From Strigamia acuminata (lineage: Eukaryota), in contig OX442314.1 of the NCBI GenBank assembly GCA_949358305.1, positions 17,918,001 to 17,982,000 on the forward strand: 64,000 nucleotides of DNA, read 5' to 3'. Position numbers and translations under genes: made by a program. The notes beneath the pieces are model-generated. The model did not search any database. It was not told the origin of the DNA and worked only from the letters and a program-made list of their open reading frames with translations. Positions 13,169 through 28,414 of the stretch are shown here, in pieces (the first letter of the stretch is position 1; every line of letters starts with the position of its first letter).

Positions 13169-16100
13169 CTGCAAATAAAGAAACAAATTATTGTAAAAGT
13201 TGTTACATTTGTTTAACGTATTTTTTATTGTGCTGGAAAAATTCTGCTTTGCATGTTGCTTGTGTAGTTTGATTAGTGTTGCTTTGTATTTGTGTGAAAC
13301 GGAGCAAAGACCTCTTTCTGTCGACTTGCAACAGAATATTAATGAGAGAGTTGCACGGAACATTAAGATGACCATTTTCGGAGAAGGAATAATTCGATTA
13401 GAAAAAACTTGTTTACTTGTCAACCTTTGAGACAAAATTTCGATTTGATTTAAATATTAATCACGATATTTACAATCAAGTTCACAAGGTTCATTCGAAT
13501 GATAAAATTACAAAAAAAAAAGAAAAAAAAAACAGACAAGAGGACAACGCTAATTAAGTCGTACATCAATTTCAACGTATTTCAAGCAAGTCACTGCGAT
13601 GATAACTCATTTCACTGATTCCGATTTGTATTGTACTTAAAATAACAGCGGAAAGAAAAAATTACGATCAGTTTAAATTGATTACCAAGTTAAAAATAGT
13701 TAAAAACCTGCCAGTAACTACAGTACCAGATGACAACAAAACATTTCTATTTGATGTTCGTTAAAAAAAAATCAAAGCTAAAGCATCCGTGATGAAGATG
13801 TGCGATTTTGGCAGTGACAAAATGTCCAAAAGCCAGCAAAAAGCTGTCAATAAACTATGCAAAAAAGATCTTTGAATATTTTTTTTTTTAGATAAATTAA
13901 TCTAACATTTGCCATTTATAAATAATTGTGCAATTTAAACGGCAAATTATCAACATAGACCCATAAAAATAGCCAATTATTTCTTAAAATCACTTTAAAA
14001 TGTAATTACGTCTGCCTAAATTTCCATATTACATTTTTCTACTTCAATTTTACATTTTGGAAGGGGAAGAAAAACCAATTTGAGCATATTCTAGATCTGG
14101 CACTAAATTAGATTGTTTATTTGTAATTAAATATAGAAATGAGGTGATGTTATCTCCAATGGCTATTGCAATCTTGTTCTCATAGAAAATTAAGGAAAGA
14201 AATCTCTCTTTTTCTTCTTATTTTTTTCACATTTATCGAGTCGAAGCGATACATCCTGTGAAAATTACGTTTTTTAAACGTAAGTTATTGTTTGATTTTT
14301 TTATAATACAATATTTTATTCACTAGTTTTTTTTTCTTCCTTTTTTTTAATTTTTAATTTTTTGTTATTATTAGTATTTCTTTTTTTTTTATCTCTGCTA
14401 ATTATGAATTTTGCCTTGGATTTCCCATCAAGATAAGAGAACAAAAGTAGGGAGATGAGGAATTTAAACAAAAAAATTATTTCCAGAACTCCCTTTGCAT
14501 TTTGTTTTTTAAGGAAAAGATGGAGAGGAAAAGACAAAAAAAAAATAATAACAACAACAAAAAAACAACACAATTGCAGGGAACGTGGCCACATGCAGAT
14601 CAAAATAAATGATAAAAATAAAACAATAGTTTCGAGAAAAATGCAGTAAACTACTCGTGGAAATGTTTCATATCATTTCATCCGACAAACCAACAAAAAC
14701 ACCTGGTGCAAATCTACCAATTCGAATAAAAAATGTTTTTCCCCATTTTGTTTTTAAATTTAAAAAAATAATAATAATAACCTTTAAAAACAACTACAGT
14801 ATCTTCCCATTTTATTAAACTTTTTCCTCCCTGCAATATTATTTCTTACAAAACAGCAAACTAACAACAAAACAACCTCGTAAATTCCGACGAGAAACAA
14901 GGATCCAACATTAAAACCATTTTTCATTTTGGCACAAAAAAATAAAAGCTCCGTCTATACTTTTCCAAGCACCACACATAAAAGCAAAGCAAATATAAAA
15001 AAAGACGTAAAATCTTTGTGTAATCCGTGGTCAGTGTGACCCACAAACTTGACCTCTACTCCCCAATGAACTAGGAAGTGGAGGTCCGTCTGCGTCCTTG
15101 CCCCTGGCTACCAAGGCCACTGGACACGTGGGGGGGAGGAAGGCAGAAGGGGCCAGGCGCCAAGCAGACTGCTACAACAGTTTAGCTGAGGTTACATCAC
15201 CCATTTAGCCCATAGCGTCTATCAACATATCAATTTAATGTTTTCTTTTTTCTCAAAATCCTTCGACTGTGCACCCCATTCTTACCTCACTGTATTTGTA
15301 AATCTCGTTATTTACATTTTATCTTGCAAAGATAAAAATACGTTGTCAAAAGAAAATAAAAAAATAAAATAAAAAAATCTGGAGGGACGATCTAATCTAT
15401 ATATGCTTGACAAATCTCACCTGTGTTGATTTTCGAAACAAACATTTTACACCTGTCTCGTAAAATTATCACTAAAACTTTACATTCAAACTTGTTAGCT
15501 GATGTGTGTCCTTTTTAACGCTTTAAAATTAAATTTGCACACTTTACCACCTAATGTATGTATTGCTCTCGTTAGACTCAATGTATCCGTGTTTGAATAT
15601 GCAAGAAAAACAAAATGTTGAGCTCGATTTTGAAATTTTCTTTCGTTTGGAAAAATTTGAAGACGCAAATTGGTGTTGTTTTTGTGCGTGACTGATTTTT
15701 CGAAGAAATATACCGTAATTCAGGAAATTCAACTAAAACCTCATGACGAAATACCACAAGTAGATTTTTCCCTCTGAGAAATTCATATTTCGTAGTTACT
15801 CTTATCTCTTAACGTTTTTTTTTTTATATGAAATTTTATCAGAAAAAGCATTAACTCGATAAAACCCTCGAGAATCTCACCTATAAAAAGACGAATTCCT
15901 CTGTTTTCTATACGTGCCATGTCCTTAACAGTGCAAACTGATCCACGTGCACATCAAATGAAAATTAACAACCAAACACAACTCACAAATGAAGTCATAA
16001 AAAGAACAAAACCATAACAAAAAACATAAAAATAGTTATTAAAAAGTAAAGTTTCATTACGGATATAATTTTTAAAAATATTTTTATCAGCTAATGAAAG

Positions 16101-16627
16101 AAAAAAAAAATAATAAAAAAATTTATATCCGAAAAAAAATCCATAAATAAAAATCTAATCTCAGTTACACCACTAACTAAAGCCCATCACACAAAAGTTA
16201 AAATGAAACACTTGGGTCAGTTCTAAATTTATTACAAGTTCAGAAAAGGAGATGAAAGACAAGAAAAGAAAGGCCAAGTTAGAGAATTAAAATTAAACAA
16301 CTGCTCATTTTTAACCATCCCTGAAAAAGAATAAAAATACAAAAAAATAAAAAAGAACATTAAAAAAAATCTCTTTTGCAGCTCTTTCATCAACAAGAGT
16401 GACACATTGCCAAAACAAACATTTATTGATTGACAGGTCCACGTCATTAACACACATCTCTCCCAGGTGTGGGACGCCAATACGAGCACATCCTAATAAA
16501 GCAACAAAGGGATAATGGCTCCAATATCAAAACTAACATTTCCTTTATCTATTCTAAACCCAACAAGCGCAAACGTCATTTCGCGTCGACAAATAAAAAA
16601 AAAAATAACAAAAAATCTCAAACTTAC

Positions 16628-16900
16628 TTTGAATCAATTTCGAGTCCCTTCTTGAATTTATTCCCGCCCACAGGCGTTCAAAAGATGTCGCAGAATTACT
16701 CGGTGCTCACAAGCAATAAATTTAAGTCACAAAAGAATGGCGATGAGCACGTGGTTTTGTGGTGTTGCAAAAAACAAAACGCTTTTCTCTAACAACCGAA
16801 AACAAAACAAAAAAAAAACAAGAGAAAAAAACGACTTTTCAAAGCGGATTTTGGTTTGTTTTTAGCGTGCAAACCAAATCGGCGCACCAAGCATGCACAC
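16628..16900 (-). other. Candidate non-coding first exon (5' end approximate)
   Basis: Donor AAA|GTAAGT at 16627; no ATG in the ~250 nt before the donor; CG-richer promoter-like sequence around 16870-16990. Confidence 0.3.
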
Positions 16901-19057
16901 GACCGTGTACCCCATCCACTATGGCATGGCACACATCAATTATGGCATCGACGGGCAGGTTCACTTGACCACATTAGGGGGAGAGGCGACTACAAATGAC
17001 TAATTTATTTTAATAACACGTTCAACTTCAAGTATAAACTCCCATTGCATTAAATTTTCTTTTTTAAACTTTAACATTTGAATAAAAAATAAAATACAAT
17101 AAAAAATAATAAAAAAAATAAAAAAAAATAGAAAAATTTCACATTTCCCAGGTAGCTTTCCCCGAATAAAACTGGATCAAAGACAGGTATACGAGGGGGT
17201 AATAACAAAAGGTGACACTCTTTTTTGCTCGAGTTTCGGCATTCCGGGCACGTGCGTGCCTTTTTCCTGCACAGACGCCCAATTTTAATCAAGAAACCGA
17301 ACTCCCACGCACAATAACAAAAGCGATTGAAAACAAAATAATTTTAGATTCCTTAATTTTATTACTTGATTTTCTCTTTATTCTCGTGTCACTCTATTTC
17401 ATGAGTAACCAGTTTGCTATCTTACCCCTCGTCCATTTTAGTCATACGATTTGCAAATTATCAAGCTAATAACTTTTTAAAAACTCTTCTTGACCTGACC
17501 TCGAAACGTGTGAGGAATTGAACTTCTTTTTCCATTTTTTCCTATTCATGACTTGACAAGTTTTATTCTTTTCAAAACGAAACAGTTCAAGATTTTCGTC
17601 TGTGTGAATTTTCTTTATCTGAAAATAAAATTACTCTACACTCAAGCCTTAATTATCTTTTCTCGAAAACTTTCCTCGTAGAATAAACCCCCCCTTAAAA
17701 CAAAGTTAAAAATAAATAACTAATCAAGTGTTATCACAGTTTTCGTTTTGCCTACAACATTCTCAAGTGTCCTACTGCAAATTGCTCTAAGTTGAGACTT
17801 CCTCTTTGCAAAAAGCCAATAACAACTTCTTTCACTCGACTTATTAAACGCACACAAAAGACTTACTCACTCTATTAACACTTCCGGTCCACGTTAAACA
17901 CACCCGACATAAAAAATGCTTTAAATTTCATCATATTCCCACACCCACGCAAATAATAAAAAAAAAAATTAAAACGAAAAAAAAAAAAATATTATTTATC
18001 TGTCATCAACTCATTTGGTGACATGCATAAAACGAAATAAAATTCTCCCATGCAATAAAAGATTTTTATTCTAAAATACCTCTGCAATGTCAACCAGTTT
18101 GTAACCTATTTAGCATTCAAAGCAACACGCACCTTTTGTCTCCAATACAGTGGCACATGGTATTGGGTTATGGAGTATAACACACACCCAATTTTAAATT
18201 TCATTTTTTTTCCTTCTTTTTCTCTTGTGCGTCCCCTCACATTTTCACATAAAAAATGTCGTTCTGGCTCCGAGTCAAAAAGAGAAGAAAAGTTCCAAGG
18301 TTGACTTTGAAATCAAGCTAAGCGTGTCTTGTGCAAACTTAGCTGCCATTCATCACATCAGACACGAGTCCCTTTACCTGCCAAATATCTGTCAATTTTT
18401 TTTTTTACTTCTGGTTTTGCCAAAAATGGAGTCACAAGGAAACCTCAATGAAGTTTACTTTTGTAAATTAAAATAAATAAGTAGTAAAAAAAAAAATCCA
18501 AAAATTTCTACGAAAAATAAATTTACAAGGAAATTTTCCATGTATTTTAATTTATATTCTTCACACCAAAGTCCGATCTAAAAACCTGAACCAATTTTTA
18601 TAGTTTTGTGTGTTGGTTATCAATAAATGTTATCAAAAAGGAAACTTAAAAAATAATAATAAAAAAAAACATTAAACAAAAAACGTACAAAGCGCAAAAT
18701 AAAAATTCAAATCATAATAAACTTCTTTCTCTATCCATTTCCGCAACATAAGGAAAAAAGTAAAGTCCACTTTTTGCAAACGAATGCATTCTGTTTTTAT
18801 CAACAAAAAAATAATAACGATCCCAATTGAAAGAAAGAAAAAAAAATTCTCCGAATTCATTTCACGATTGATAAACTTTGATTAATAAATTCCAACTTTG
18901 CAACTCCTACTTTCACGCCATTCTAATTCCCGCTTCCCTGCGTCGTCACCCGGATTACTCGCGGTATCACCATTGCGTCATGCCCAGCACGTGGCTTTTG
19001 CTACCTGTTGCCTCCGTTCCCTTCCCGGCACCGCAGAATAATAAAGGTGAACCTTAC

Positions 19058-19188
19058 CTTTGACTGCATCGACACCAGCGTCAATCGTTAGTTTGTGTAC
19101 ACAGCATGATGATGGGAGGGACTCGAGTAGGTGGAGCCGCGTTTGGGCAAGTAAACCGCTATCCGTGACAACTTGTCGGTTGGACTAT
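19058..19188 (-). other. Candidate 131-nt exon (5'UTR-like; each frame contains a stop)
   Basis: Acceptor GTCTCTTTACTTTGCAG| and donor AAG|GTAAGG bracket a GC-richer segment. Confidence 0.45.
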
Positions 19189-22100
19189 CTGCAAAGTAAA
19201 GAGACACTGAGGGTAAGCGGTCAGGTGAGCCTTGATAAAGAGGTAATTATACAGGTGTCCGTTCGTGGTGTGATAACAAACCGCCCCCTCAATCCTCTCA
19301 CTCTGTTTTCATTGCTCCACACGCAATCATCATTTGAAGGTAAAAGCGTGATCACGAACGCAACTACACAAAACCTGATGTAGCCCCTTGTCCACTTACC
19401 AAAATGAGACGCCACCAATGAGGTGAACGATGCAAGGGTCAATCAAGTTTCTTTTTTTTTCTTTTTTTCTTTTTATTTTCTAAAAATATTTTTTTTTTTC
19501 TCCACATTTTTTAATTTTTGGTATGAAACAAGATAAAAACATTTATTTACATTACTGAAAAATTATTAAGAAATCATGCATGCAGAAATCATAATGAAGG
19601 AGACGTGGAGTCGAGTACCCTGAGGGAGGCATGAAACAAAGTTCACCGAGAGTGGATTGGCCAAAGAACCGCCGTTTCAAGGCTAAGTCAATCACGGGCA
19701 AAATAATTACCAACACAAAATTCGCCCCCACTCGATCCCATCATTCTCTTAAAAAAAATCACTATAGAGAAAATTCACAGTCAATTTGATAAACGACTGC
19801 CATTGTGTTTATTTCATCTCACCCATTACCCCTCCCTATTCGAAAAAAAAAATTCAAATACTATGACGCGAGAAGGTGTGCCGTGTGCCATCTGACATTT
19901 CATTCCACCGTGATGCAACGAAAAAAAAAGTTGAACAAAAAATTTACGTGTCAATCAAATTCCGCATTGTCTAATAAAAGAGGTAAAAAAAAGAAATTTT
20001 GCATAATTGAGACGAGATACCTGAGAGGTCATCAAGATGATAGCCACATATCTGAATCACTGATGAGTGACAACATTTGAATTGATCAAGGAAAAGGCAG
20101 TAGAATGTCACTATTTATGAATTGCATTCCAGCTCCCTATCTCATTTTTCCTTCTCAAAATAAATTTATTGAACACCTGCTTCCTGTTTGGACTTCTGTG
20201 TACATGAGAAGTTTCGCAAATGCCAAACATTTCCATGTTTTGTGCGTATGAAAACACTGAGTAAAAATGCTCCTTTTATAAACTAAACAACAACAAATAA
20301 TAAACAAGAATTGCTCGAATTACGTGTTAGCAAATGTGCCTCACTTGGAATCACTGACTTCGATAAAAATGCTGGCAGAGAGAAACCGTTAGAATAAGTG
20401 ATTTATTTAAAAGTTGCACCAATACTACACATTGAATTCTTCATTTAAATTTTAGATTAAGCCAATTAAGCCTACTTTTCAAGTTCACTCGAATTAACTT
20501 ATAATTATAGTCGACTGAAATAAATTTCAACCTTTGTTTTCTACGTGAAAAATAAATATGACGAATATTTATTACCAGTTCAAAGTTAAAAATAACCAAC
20601 TTAACCATTAAAATCCATCCTCATTTTATTCTTTAGTTATTGGATCTTTAAAAAATAAAAAATGAAAAAATAAAAAAAATGAAAAAATAAAAAAACCGAA
20701 AGGAAACAACAATAAACAATCGTGTACTGTAACATTACCTTTGTGCCCTTCAGTAAATTCCAGAGATTTGTTTACGCCCATTTTGACATTTTGAATCTCG
20801 TAAAAAACAGCAAAGATTTGCGAAACTTCAAACATGGTAAAACCGCCCTTTCTAATTTCTCAACTTCACCGTAAACATGGTACCAACAAAGTAAAGAAGA
20901 AAAAAAATTCCAGGCTAAAAGCAGATTTGTTCCAGATTGAGGCTCCAGCAGTCGTTTTATCATCTATGCAGCAAAGTGTCATTAATTATAGTGGCGAGTT
21001 TACAGATGGACGCTTCTCGGAATATTAATGAAATGGGTGCAGGGCACAATTATGGAACTCCGCTGTGCCCTTCATTCACCAGTAACCCGCAAGAAAACTT
21101 GTCGTTTTCTTTGCAAGCTCAACAAACTTTCCTTTGTGAATAAATTAGATATTCATACAGACTTCAACTCCATTCTTTTCTCGTAACGAGCAAATGGGGA
21201 GTGGACTCACGGCATCAGACGTGGCCAAGATGCAGGCAATGAAAACTAATTAATCAACAACACCCTTCTCTTTCTGACACTATGAAAAAGGAGATTTGTC
21301 GTCGCCTAAATGATGAGAAAAAAATAGGCGTGGGGTTCAAGTTGTCAAACAATGCATCAACAACAACAAATGAAGCAACACTCTCATTTTTCTCCATGAC
21401 GACTTCCCAGCATCATTTGCTTAACACTGAGTCACGTGGTCGTGACAATAGCTTTCTTTCTGAACAAATCGACACTATAAATAACAATTTTAATTGAAAG
21501 TTGTGAAATGTGCAATGATAGGAAATTGTCAAAGAGGATTCGCAGTATGAAAGAGCACAGACTGCAGCTGAGTTCGTTCAACCTTATCGAGCCAACAAAG
21601 CCTTCACACATCAATAAAAATTCGAGATGGGTTAATTTTAAATTAAAAACGAGGCAAACCAACATGTTAAACATCAGCTGGTGACCACTACGGCCATAAA
21701 AAATAAAATTATAATATAAAAAAAAAAAAGAATTAAAAAAAATTCAGGCCATTTCAGGATCCTGTCGAAAAATGCTTGCCAAGCCCATTCCCATTAGTCA
21801 TTAAATTAAAAATCCTCAAAGTTCAAAATGCCTGCTGTGCCATTAAATAAGATTCAAGAGTCACGTCCAAGAACCTCCATTAGGCTTACCACTCCCACTC
21901 CCCTTCCGCCATAATGAAGAGAAACAAAACTCCTCCTGCTGTTGCCTGCCTTCTTTATTACGGGCACAAGACGACTTGGCGACGACAGCAGAAACACAGG
22001 TGTGCGCAGTTTACACACTTCACCTTCTACATAATGGATGACAAGTCGGGTGCACTTGTGTCCAATTTGGCGTCTCATCATGCACACTTACCAACCACAG

Positions 22101-25100
22101 AGACGCCTACTACTGCCACAAACCCCATCGGGTGAATGTGTCCCAACATTTCTTTTACACCTGACCATTACAAGTTGATTAAATTGTGGGCGTAGCATTT
22201 TTCTTTTTTTTTTTATTCTCATGGAAACTTTTGAGGAGTCGTATGCAACACAATGCACCAACTCGCAACGATTTATGACGAGACTATTATTCTAATAAGT
22301 CTAAACAACAACTGACATTGCTTGTGAATGGATTTCCCAACGGCGGGGTGTATCTAACTCCTCAAACTACCACGGCGGGTAGAATACAAACGAGTGCACC
22401 ACTTACCACCCAAATATACTGAAACAATGGATTCATACATCCAAAATGTCAATGAAATCATTGTTCTACAGAAAGAAAGAAATAAATGTTAACAAACTCT
22501 GAAAAACCTGAAACTTGTGACGTCATAATTCCAAGATGAATCACACAACGGGACAAATGAAAATCTCGTTGCGATGTATGATAGGGCTTTCATGCAATTT
22601 TAACCATTTTGCGCTTTTGGATTTATCACGTGAGATCAGAGATTCACCAATCACGTGTATAATTGCAAAATCAGAAAATCAAGCCAAAAGGTATTTTTTT
22701 TTGCGATTTTGAGACTCGTCTAACACAAATCAAAATGGAGGTGGCCATCTCAAATAATTCACAATACCCCGTAGCTTTTGTGAATTTATAAACAGCTGAA
22801 TAAACCAAGAAACAACTCCAAAGTACTCAATGAAACTTGTGTTCAAATGTTGCTGTTTAATACTTAATTTTTAAATTTTTCCTTTCGTGTGTGAATTAAA
22901 TTGTATCACATAGTCATGAGACTATTTTCAGAATCTTGGAATCGCAAAGTTGTGCGATTAAATGATTAATTTTGCGATTAATAGAAAATCAGAAAATTAT
23001 AAAACCGTCTGGCACTTAAAAGAAAGCCCTTTGTCAAGTCTTTTTAGACTTGATTATAATTTTTAAAAAATATGTTTGAAATCTGAACTAAACATCCAAA
23101 TTTATAACTCAATTCAAAGAAGCATGTCTTAAAACTCAGACACATTGAAGTGCAATTACAATGATACAGTTGTACATTGAGAAAGCAGGTATTGGTAGTT
23201 CACGTCTCATCCATCCTTCGGCAAATCCCATAGTAGTCGAAAAAGGTTCTTTTGAATTTCAGCGAAGATGACACATCCTCCCCTTTTAAATACAACCCTT
23301 TTCCCCCCTTTCATATTGTGTGAGATGATGGGAAAGACCAGACACTAGGCAGGCAAGGGTGAAATATGGGTACCCATTTTTTTCCCCCTAACTCCCGTTC
23401 TGGCTTTAATCTTTCACTTTCACTCTTCTAATTATGGCGAGCACCACCGATCTTTTATTCACACAACCCTTTGCGCCCCCGACTTTTCACACGTTCTCCC
23501 CAATTGCAGCACCAGAAACGAGGAAAGGGTTAAAAGAGAGTAGAAGGGATGTAGAAGGGAGATGCAAATAACATCCCACGCCTCATCCACCCCCACCAAT
23601 CACCCCCCAGATGCAGCTGATCGAGGCGATCCCAAGTGCGAACAATCACAGCTCAACACAATGAGCTATGAAACTACAACTCTTTGGTGACCACAGATGG
23701 TGTTGAGGCTGAATGACCTTTTTTTTTGCTTCATAGTTTTTTTTCTTCTCTTTTCTGGTTGCCCACTCATTCGCCATCTCGACCAGCCCTCCTTTCCCCC
23801 TTAAGAAAATTAGGTAATGTCCATTAAAGTACGTCCACTTCCTGACTAAGTTGAATACGAAGAGGGCTTTTCAGTTTTGTTTTTTAAATTTTCATTTTGC
23901 AAAATTAATGAATCGCATGTAAGGTTTTATCAAGAGCACTATGCTAATTTGCAATCTCCTTTACAATAACCACAGCTGGAACAAGTTTGCGAGAAAAATT
24001 ACACCCCTTTGAATGCAGCTGGAGAAAACCCTTTGAATCCAACCAACGGACATGATGCTGCTTCCCTACTGATTTCTTTTAGCAGAAAAAGCCTGCGTTC
24101 TTGACACCAGTGCACGCGTTAATAAAAAAAAATAAATATAAAAAAATAAAAAAAAAAAATAAAAAAAACATTGCTCGCCCGGTTCTTGGAAAATTGACCA
24201 TAATCTTCCATCTTGAATCCATCTGTGTGGTGTAAAAAGGAGAGGAAAACACATAAAAAGATAATAATATTTAGAAAAAAAAAACTTCCTTTCAATTTTC
24301 GATAAATTTAGACGGCAATAACCTCGACTACTCGGAAATGTATTTATAGGCAAAACTAGTTTTATTTTATTTTATTTTTTATTAATCAGTTTGAACCATC
24401 AAGTGTTGGTCTTCCTCCTGATTTCGCAAATCCTTTGACAATACTTCATAAAATTTTTATTACCTCCTTTGTCAAGCCAGGAGATTGGCAAAGAAGCATT
24501 TTCATCTTTTATACAGGTGTTTTTTTAATATTAAAATTTATATTTCTCCCTCTCCATCCCCTAAAAAACTTTGCACTTTTTATGTTCCAGAAAAAAGCTA
24601 CGAGTAATATCGAATAATAACAACACGGTATTGGCCATAGACGTTTCTCAACGCCCAAACTCATTACCAGATTAACGAGGTGCTGGTTTAAATTTATATT
24701 TTATGGTTACTCTAAAATGGACTTGAGGCTACACTTGATGGCAGAAGAACTTCTCGGAAATGATCTTTTAATATCCCACATTTTTCATTCCCTCCACCGC
24801 CACTTTATAAAATAAAAATTATAAAATTACAGAATGGATAAAGATCCTTTTGAAAGAGAAACAGTAACTATATACTGTATAGTGTGTGTGTTCCCAAATT
24901 TCGGGGACCACCTTGGTGAACTTCTCATCTTTTCGCTCGTAAATCGCAACCACCATCTTTTGGAACTGTCACGAAACAACAAAAGAGACTCGTCCAGAAG
25001 GAGGATGGTTAGGGTAAAGACAAACTTGGGGAAATGATGATGACAAAAATGAGGCCAGATAAGAAAACTCAACTCCCCCATAGGCCGACCCAAAAATTGT

Positions 25101-26054
25101 TGAATAAAAAATGTTTTTGAGCCAGCAAAGGAACAAAGGGAAGAAGAGAAAAAGCAAAAAGAAGTGTCGAATTACAAACTTATTCACAACCAAATGAACC
25201 CGTTTTTCCCTACAGCTATCATTTCGTTTTCCCTGCGTCCCATTCGTCTTTTCATCTAAAGACTAAACCATGTCGTTGAACTGATGTGAAATATTATCTA
25301 GTTAAACAACGTGGTAAACCCTGAAAAAAGTGTCTGTCCAATCCAAAACGACGTTTCCTTCCCCTCTTTAAATTATTCCCACTTCATTTTCACAGAAAAA
25401 TCGTAAAATTCAGAAGGAGCAGAAGAGATCAACCTCATACATCACTTCTCGTAAGTCACCTGGGAAAGGGAAGGAAGGGGAACTTGTCGGACCTTTTCTT
25501 TCTTGCGTTGACGTGAAAAAAAATTCCATACCTATGAATACACAGGTATGGACACATTCCACAGATTAAATTGGAGGTCTAATAGCCTTGATCCCCAAGT
25601 TAAAAACACAAAAGAACCAACGCCATTACTTTTTTTTTTAAATCTTTTTTTTTTTCCTCAAAAAATAACATCATTGCCACTTGTCAGAAGAATCTGACAG
25701 CTAAGGAATGAATGAATTTATTCAACTTTACACTTTTCTTTGTTCTTTCCTTCTCTTTCCTCCTCTTCCTCGATTTTTTTTATTGAACAAGCAAAAGTCA
25801 TTAAGAAAATTTTTGTAGACGTCCATAATTTTTCAACTTGTCTCGTTTCCTTACGACTAAGAAAAAAAAAATCGGTGATAATTTAATTAGTAAAAAAGAA
25901 AAAGAAAAAATTCTCGCGAAAATACGATATGCAATGTGCATCTCATCTGGTGTGAACATCAACTTGTTTGCTTAATTTTCACTCCCGAGTTTTTACTACA
26001 AAAATACCAAGTGAATTTTCACAATCTGCTGGGCAGATGTTGCCTTTAAATAAA

Positions 26055-26062
<8 letters not shown>

Positions 26063-26090
<28 letters not shown>
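26063..26090. repeat. (AT)14 microsatellite
   Basis: Read directly from the sequence. Confidence 0.95.
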
Positions 26091-26095
<5 letters not shown>

Positions 26096-28380
26096 AAAAA
26101 AAAAGACAAAAGTTTATTTACCGCTCGACCCTACCCCCCGTAACAACCTCCTCTTCTGCCCCCAAACATAAACTGACGGGGATCATAAAAGGCGAACGCG
26201 AAGCAAAATGCGAGGCGGAACGCGTCGTTATGGCAACGCCAAACGCTGAACCCTTTCAACGTTCCGCTCCGGTTTCACTCGCTATAAAAGACAAAATGGA
26301 ATTTTTAAAAGGACAAAACCCGACCCAAAACCCAACCCTTCCCTTGTGCAAATCTCGTGCGACATCTTTCACCTTTTCGTGGAACCCATTAAAATGCAAA
26401 CATATTTTCTGATTACGATCAACTTAAAAAAGATTCTTGTATGTATCAAAAAAAAAATCCATATGACGAAACGCCATTTTACGGCTCCATTACAGAACCC
26501 AAAGAACAAAATATAATAAAAAGAGACGAGAAATAAAAATGGGGGACGAATAGAATTATTTCATGAGAAAGAGTCGTAAAACTTTTTAGCACCAATAAGT
26601 CCTACGCCCTTCTTATAGCGACTTCTAGTTTAGGTTTAGGAGATAAAAATAAAAATACACACTACTCAAAAAAGAAAAAATTTTAAAAAATATAAATAAA
26701 TGAATAAAAAAAGAAAAAACACAAGTTTTGGAATAAATGTATATCTCGTGTTGGCATGCACATATACAAAAACAAGTCATAAAAGTCCAAATACCTGCCC
26801 ACCAATCTTTTAGCTCACACCTTTTACTTAGAGCTGTCCATTTTTTTTTCTCTACAGTTCCACGTCTTTATTTCAACAACCAACGCGGAATCAATTCAAA
26901 AGTCAAAATTATTACTTGCAACAGTTTTATGGGTCTATCCAATTTCTTTTTAGGTATATTAAGTGTAATAAAATTCAACTTTGCATCGGAATTATTAAGA
27001 AATTTTCTACAATTTAAGCAAATTATGAAATTATGTTCAAAAATTGTATTTTTTTTTTTTTTAGTTTTACTTCTTTATAAAAATATCCAAATTATAAAAC
27101 GTGTTGCAAGGCCTAAGTTTTCTAAATTTAGAAAACCCAACTTTAAATTACAAATGAGAAACCACTTTAAACTGACCAAAACCCACTTAAAACCTCATTT
27201 GATCATGCTTTTTTTAAATTCTCTTATTTTAAAGGTTTTGCACTTGTCTTGGAGATGAATGTCGTAGGATTTCTAATGACAGTTTAAATCTTTGTCCCGC
27301 ATATAAGAAAAATGATTCAAGAGATGACCCGGCTATTCATTTCAATTTCCATGTTTGGCACTATTTAAATATTGTCCTAATGATGATAAATGTGTAATGC
27401 ACACTAAAATATCTCCTCTTTCTAATAAAAATAAAAATACAATAAAAACCAAGCAAAAAAAAAAAAAAAATCAACAACATAATTGAATTGAAAATGGAAA
27501 ATTAAATGTCAGCGTTCTCCACAAATTTTCAACAAAAATTGAACCACCTCAAAGAAATAAATTCCATCTTTTTTTATCTCTCTCCACATTTTTAAATTAC
27601 AGCATTCCATCCCGCACAACTCAGGTGCCTTTTTAGGTGAAGAGGGGACCTTCAACAGCGCACAAAATCATCAAACCTTCTCCAAGATCTATCACAAGTG
27701 ACAACCCTCATTTTGTTTTTTCGGTCCCCTTTCATTTTTTTTACTTTTCCTTCGATATTTCTATTATTATTCCCCAGATATACCTTCAGGGAAGATAATT
27801 ATCTGATATAAAAAGACAGAAATGAAATCAAAGCAAAAGAAACCGAGGGAACAACAAAATGATGTTTAGAAAAAGAAGACAAAAAAAAATCCAAACCGAA
27901 AAAAAAAATTACACACAATTACATTTATCTCCATCAAAAGAAACCTTACTAAACTGTAATAAGTACTTACAAATTCCCAGAAATCGCTTCAATGTTCCCG
28001 GGCCTCTTCAAAGTACCAAAACCCTTTTAATACCTACTAACCCTTTTATGTTTCTTTTTTTCTTCCTTTTTTCTTTTATAGATATTGACAAGACCCGCAA
28101 TGTACTCAACTCAAAAGTGAGTGATAATGCGAAATTCTCCCCCTTTTACTGTAGACGCTGTGGTATAACCCTTTCCATACAATGTGCCCCTCCCTCTTTT
28201 ACCACCCCTTCCAGTTCTACTCCCCCTTTTAACTTCTTCTTGCACTGGCTGCTTGCACAAGTCCCTCAATGACTTCTTCTTGCGGTTTCCCACGCCACCG
28301 GAAGAGGATCCTCCAACTATATTCACGATTACGACAAAACAACAGTCGAAAAATAGATTTTTATTTTCTTAAAAAAAATA

Positions 28381-28414
<34 letters not shown>

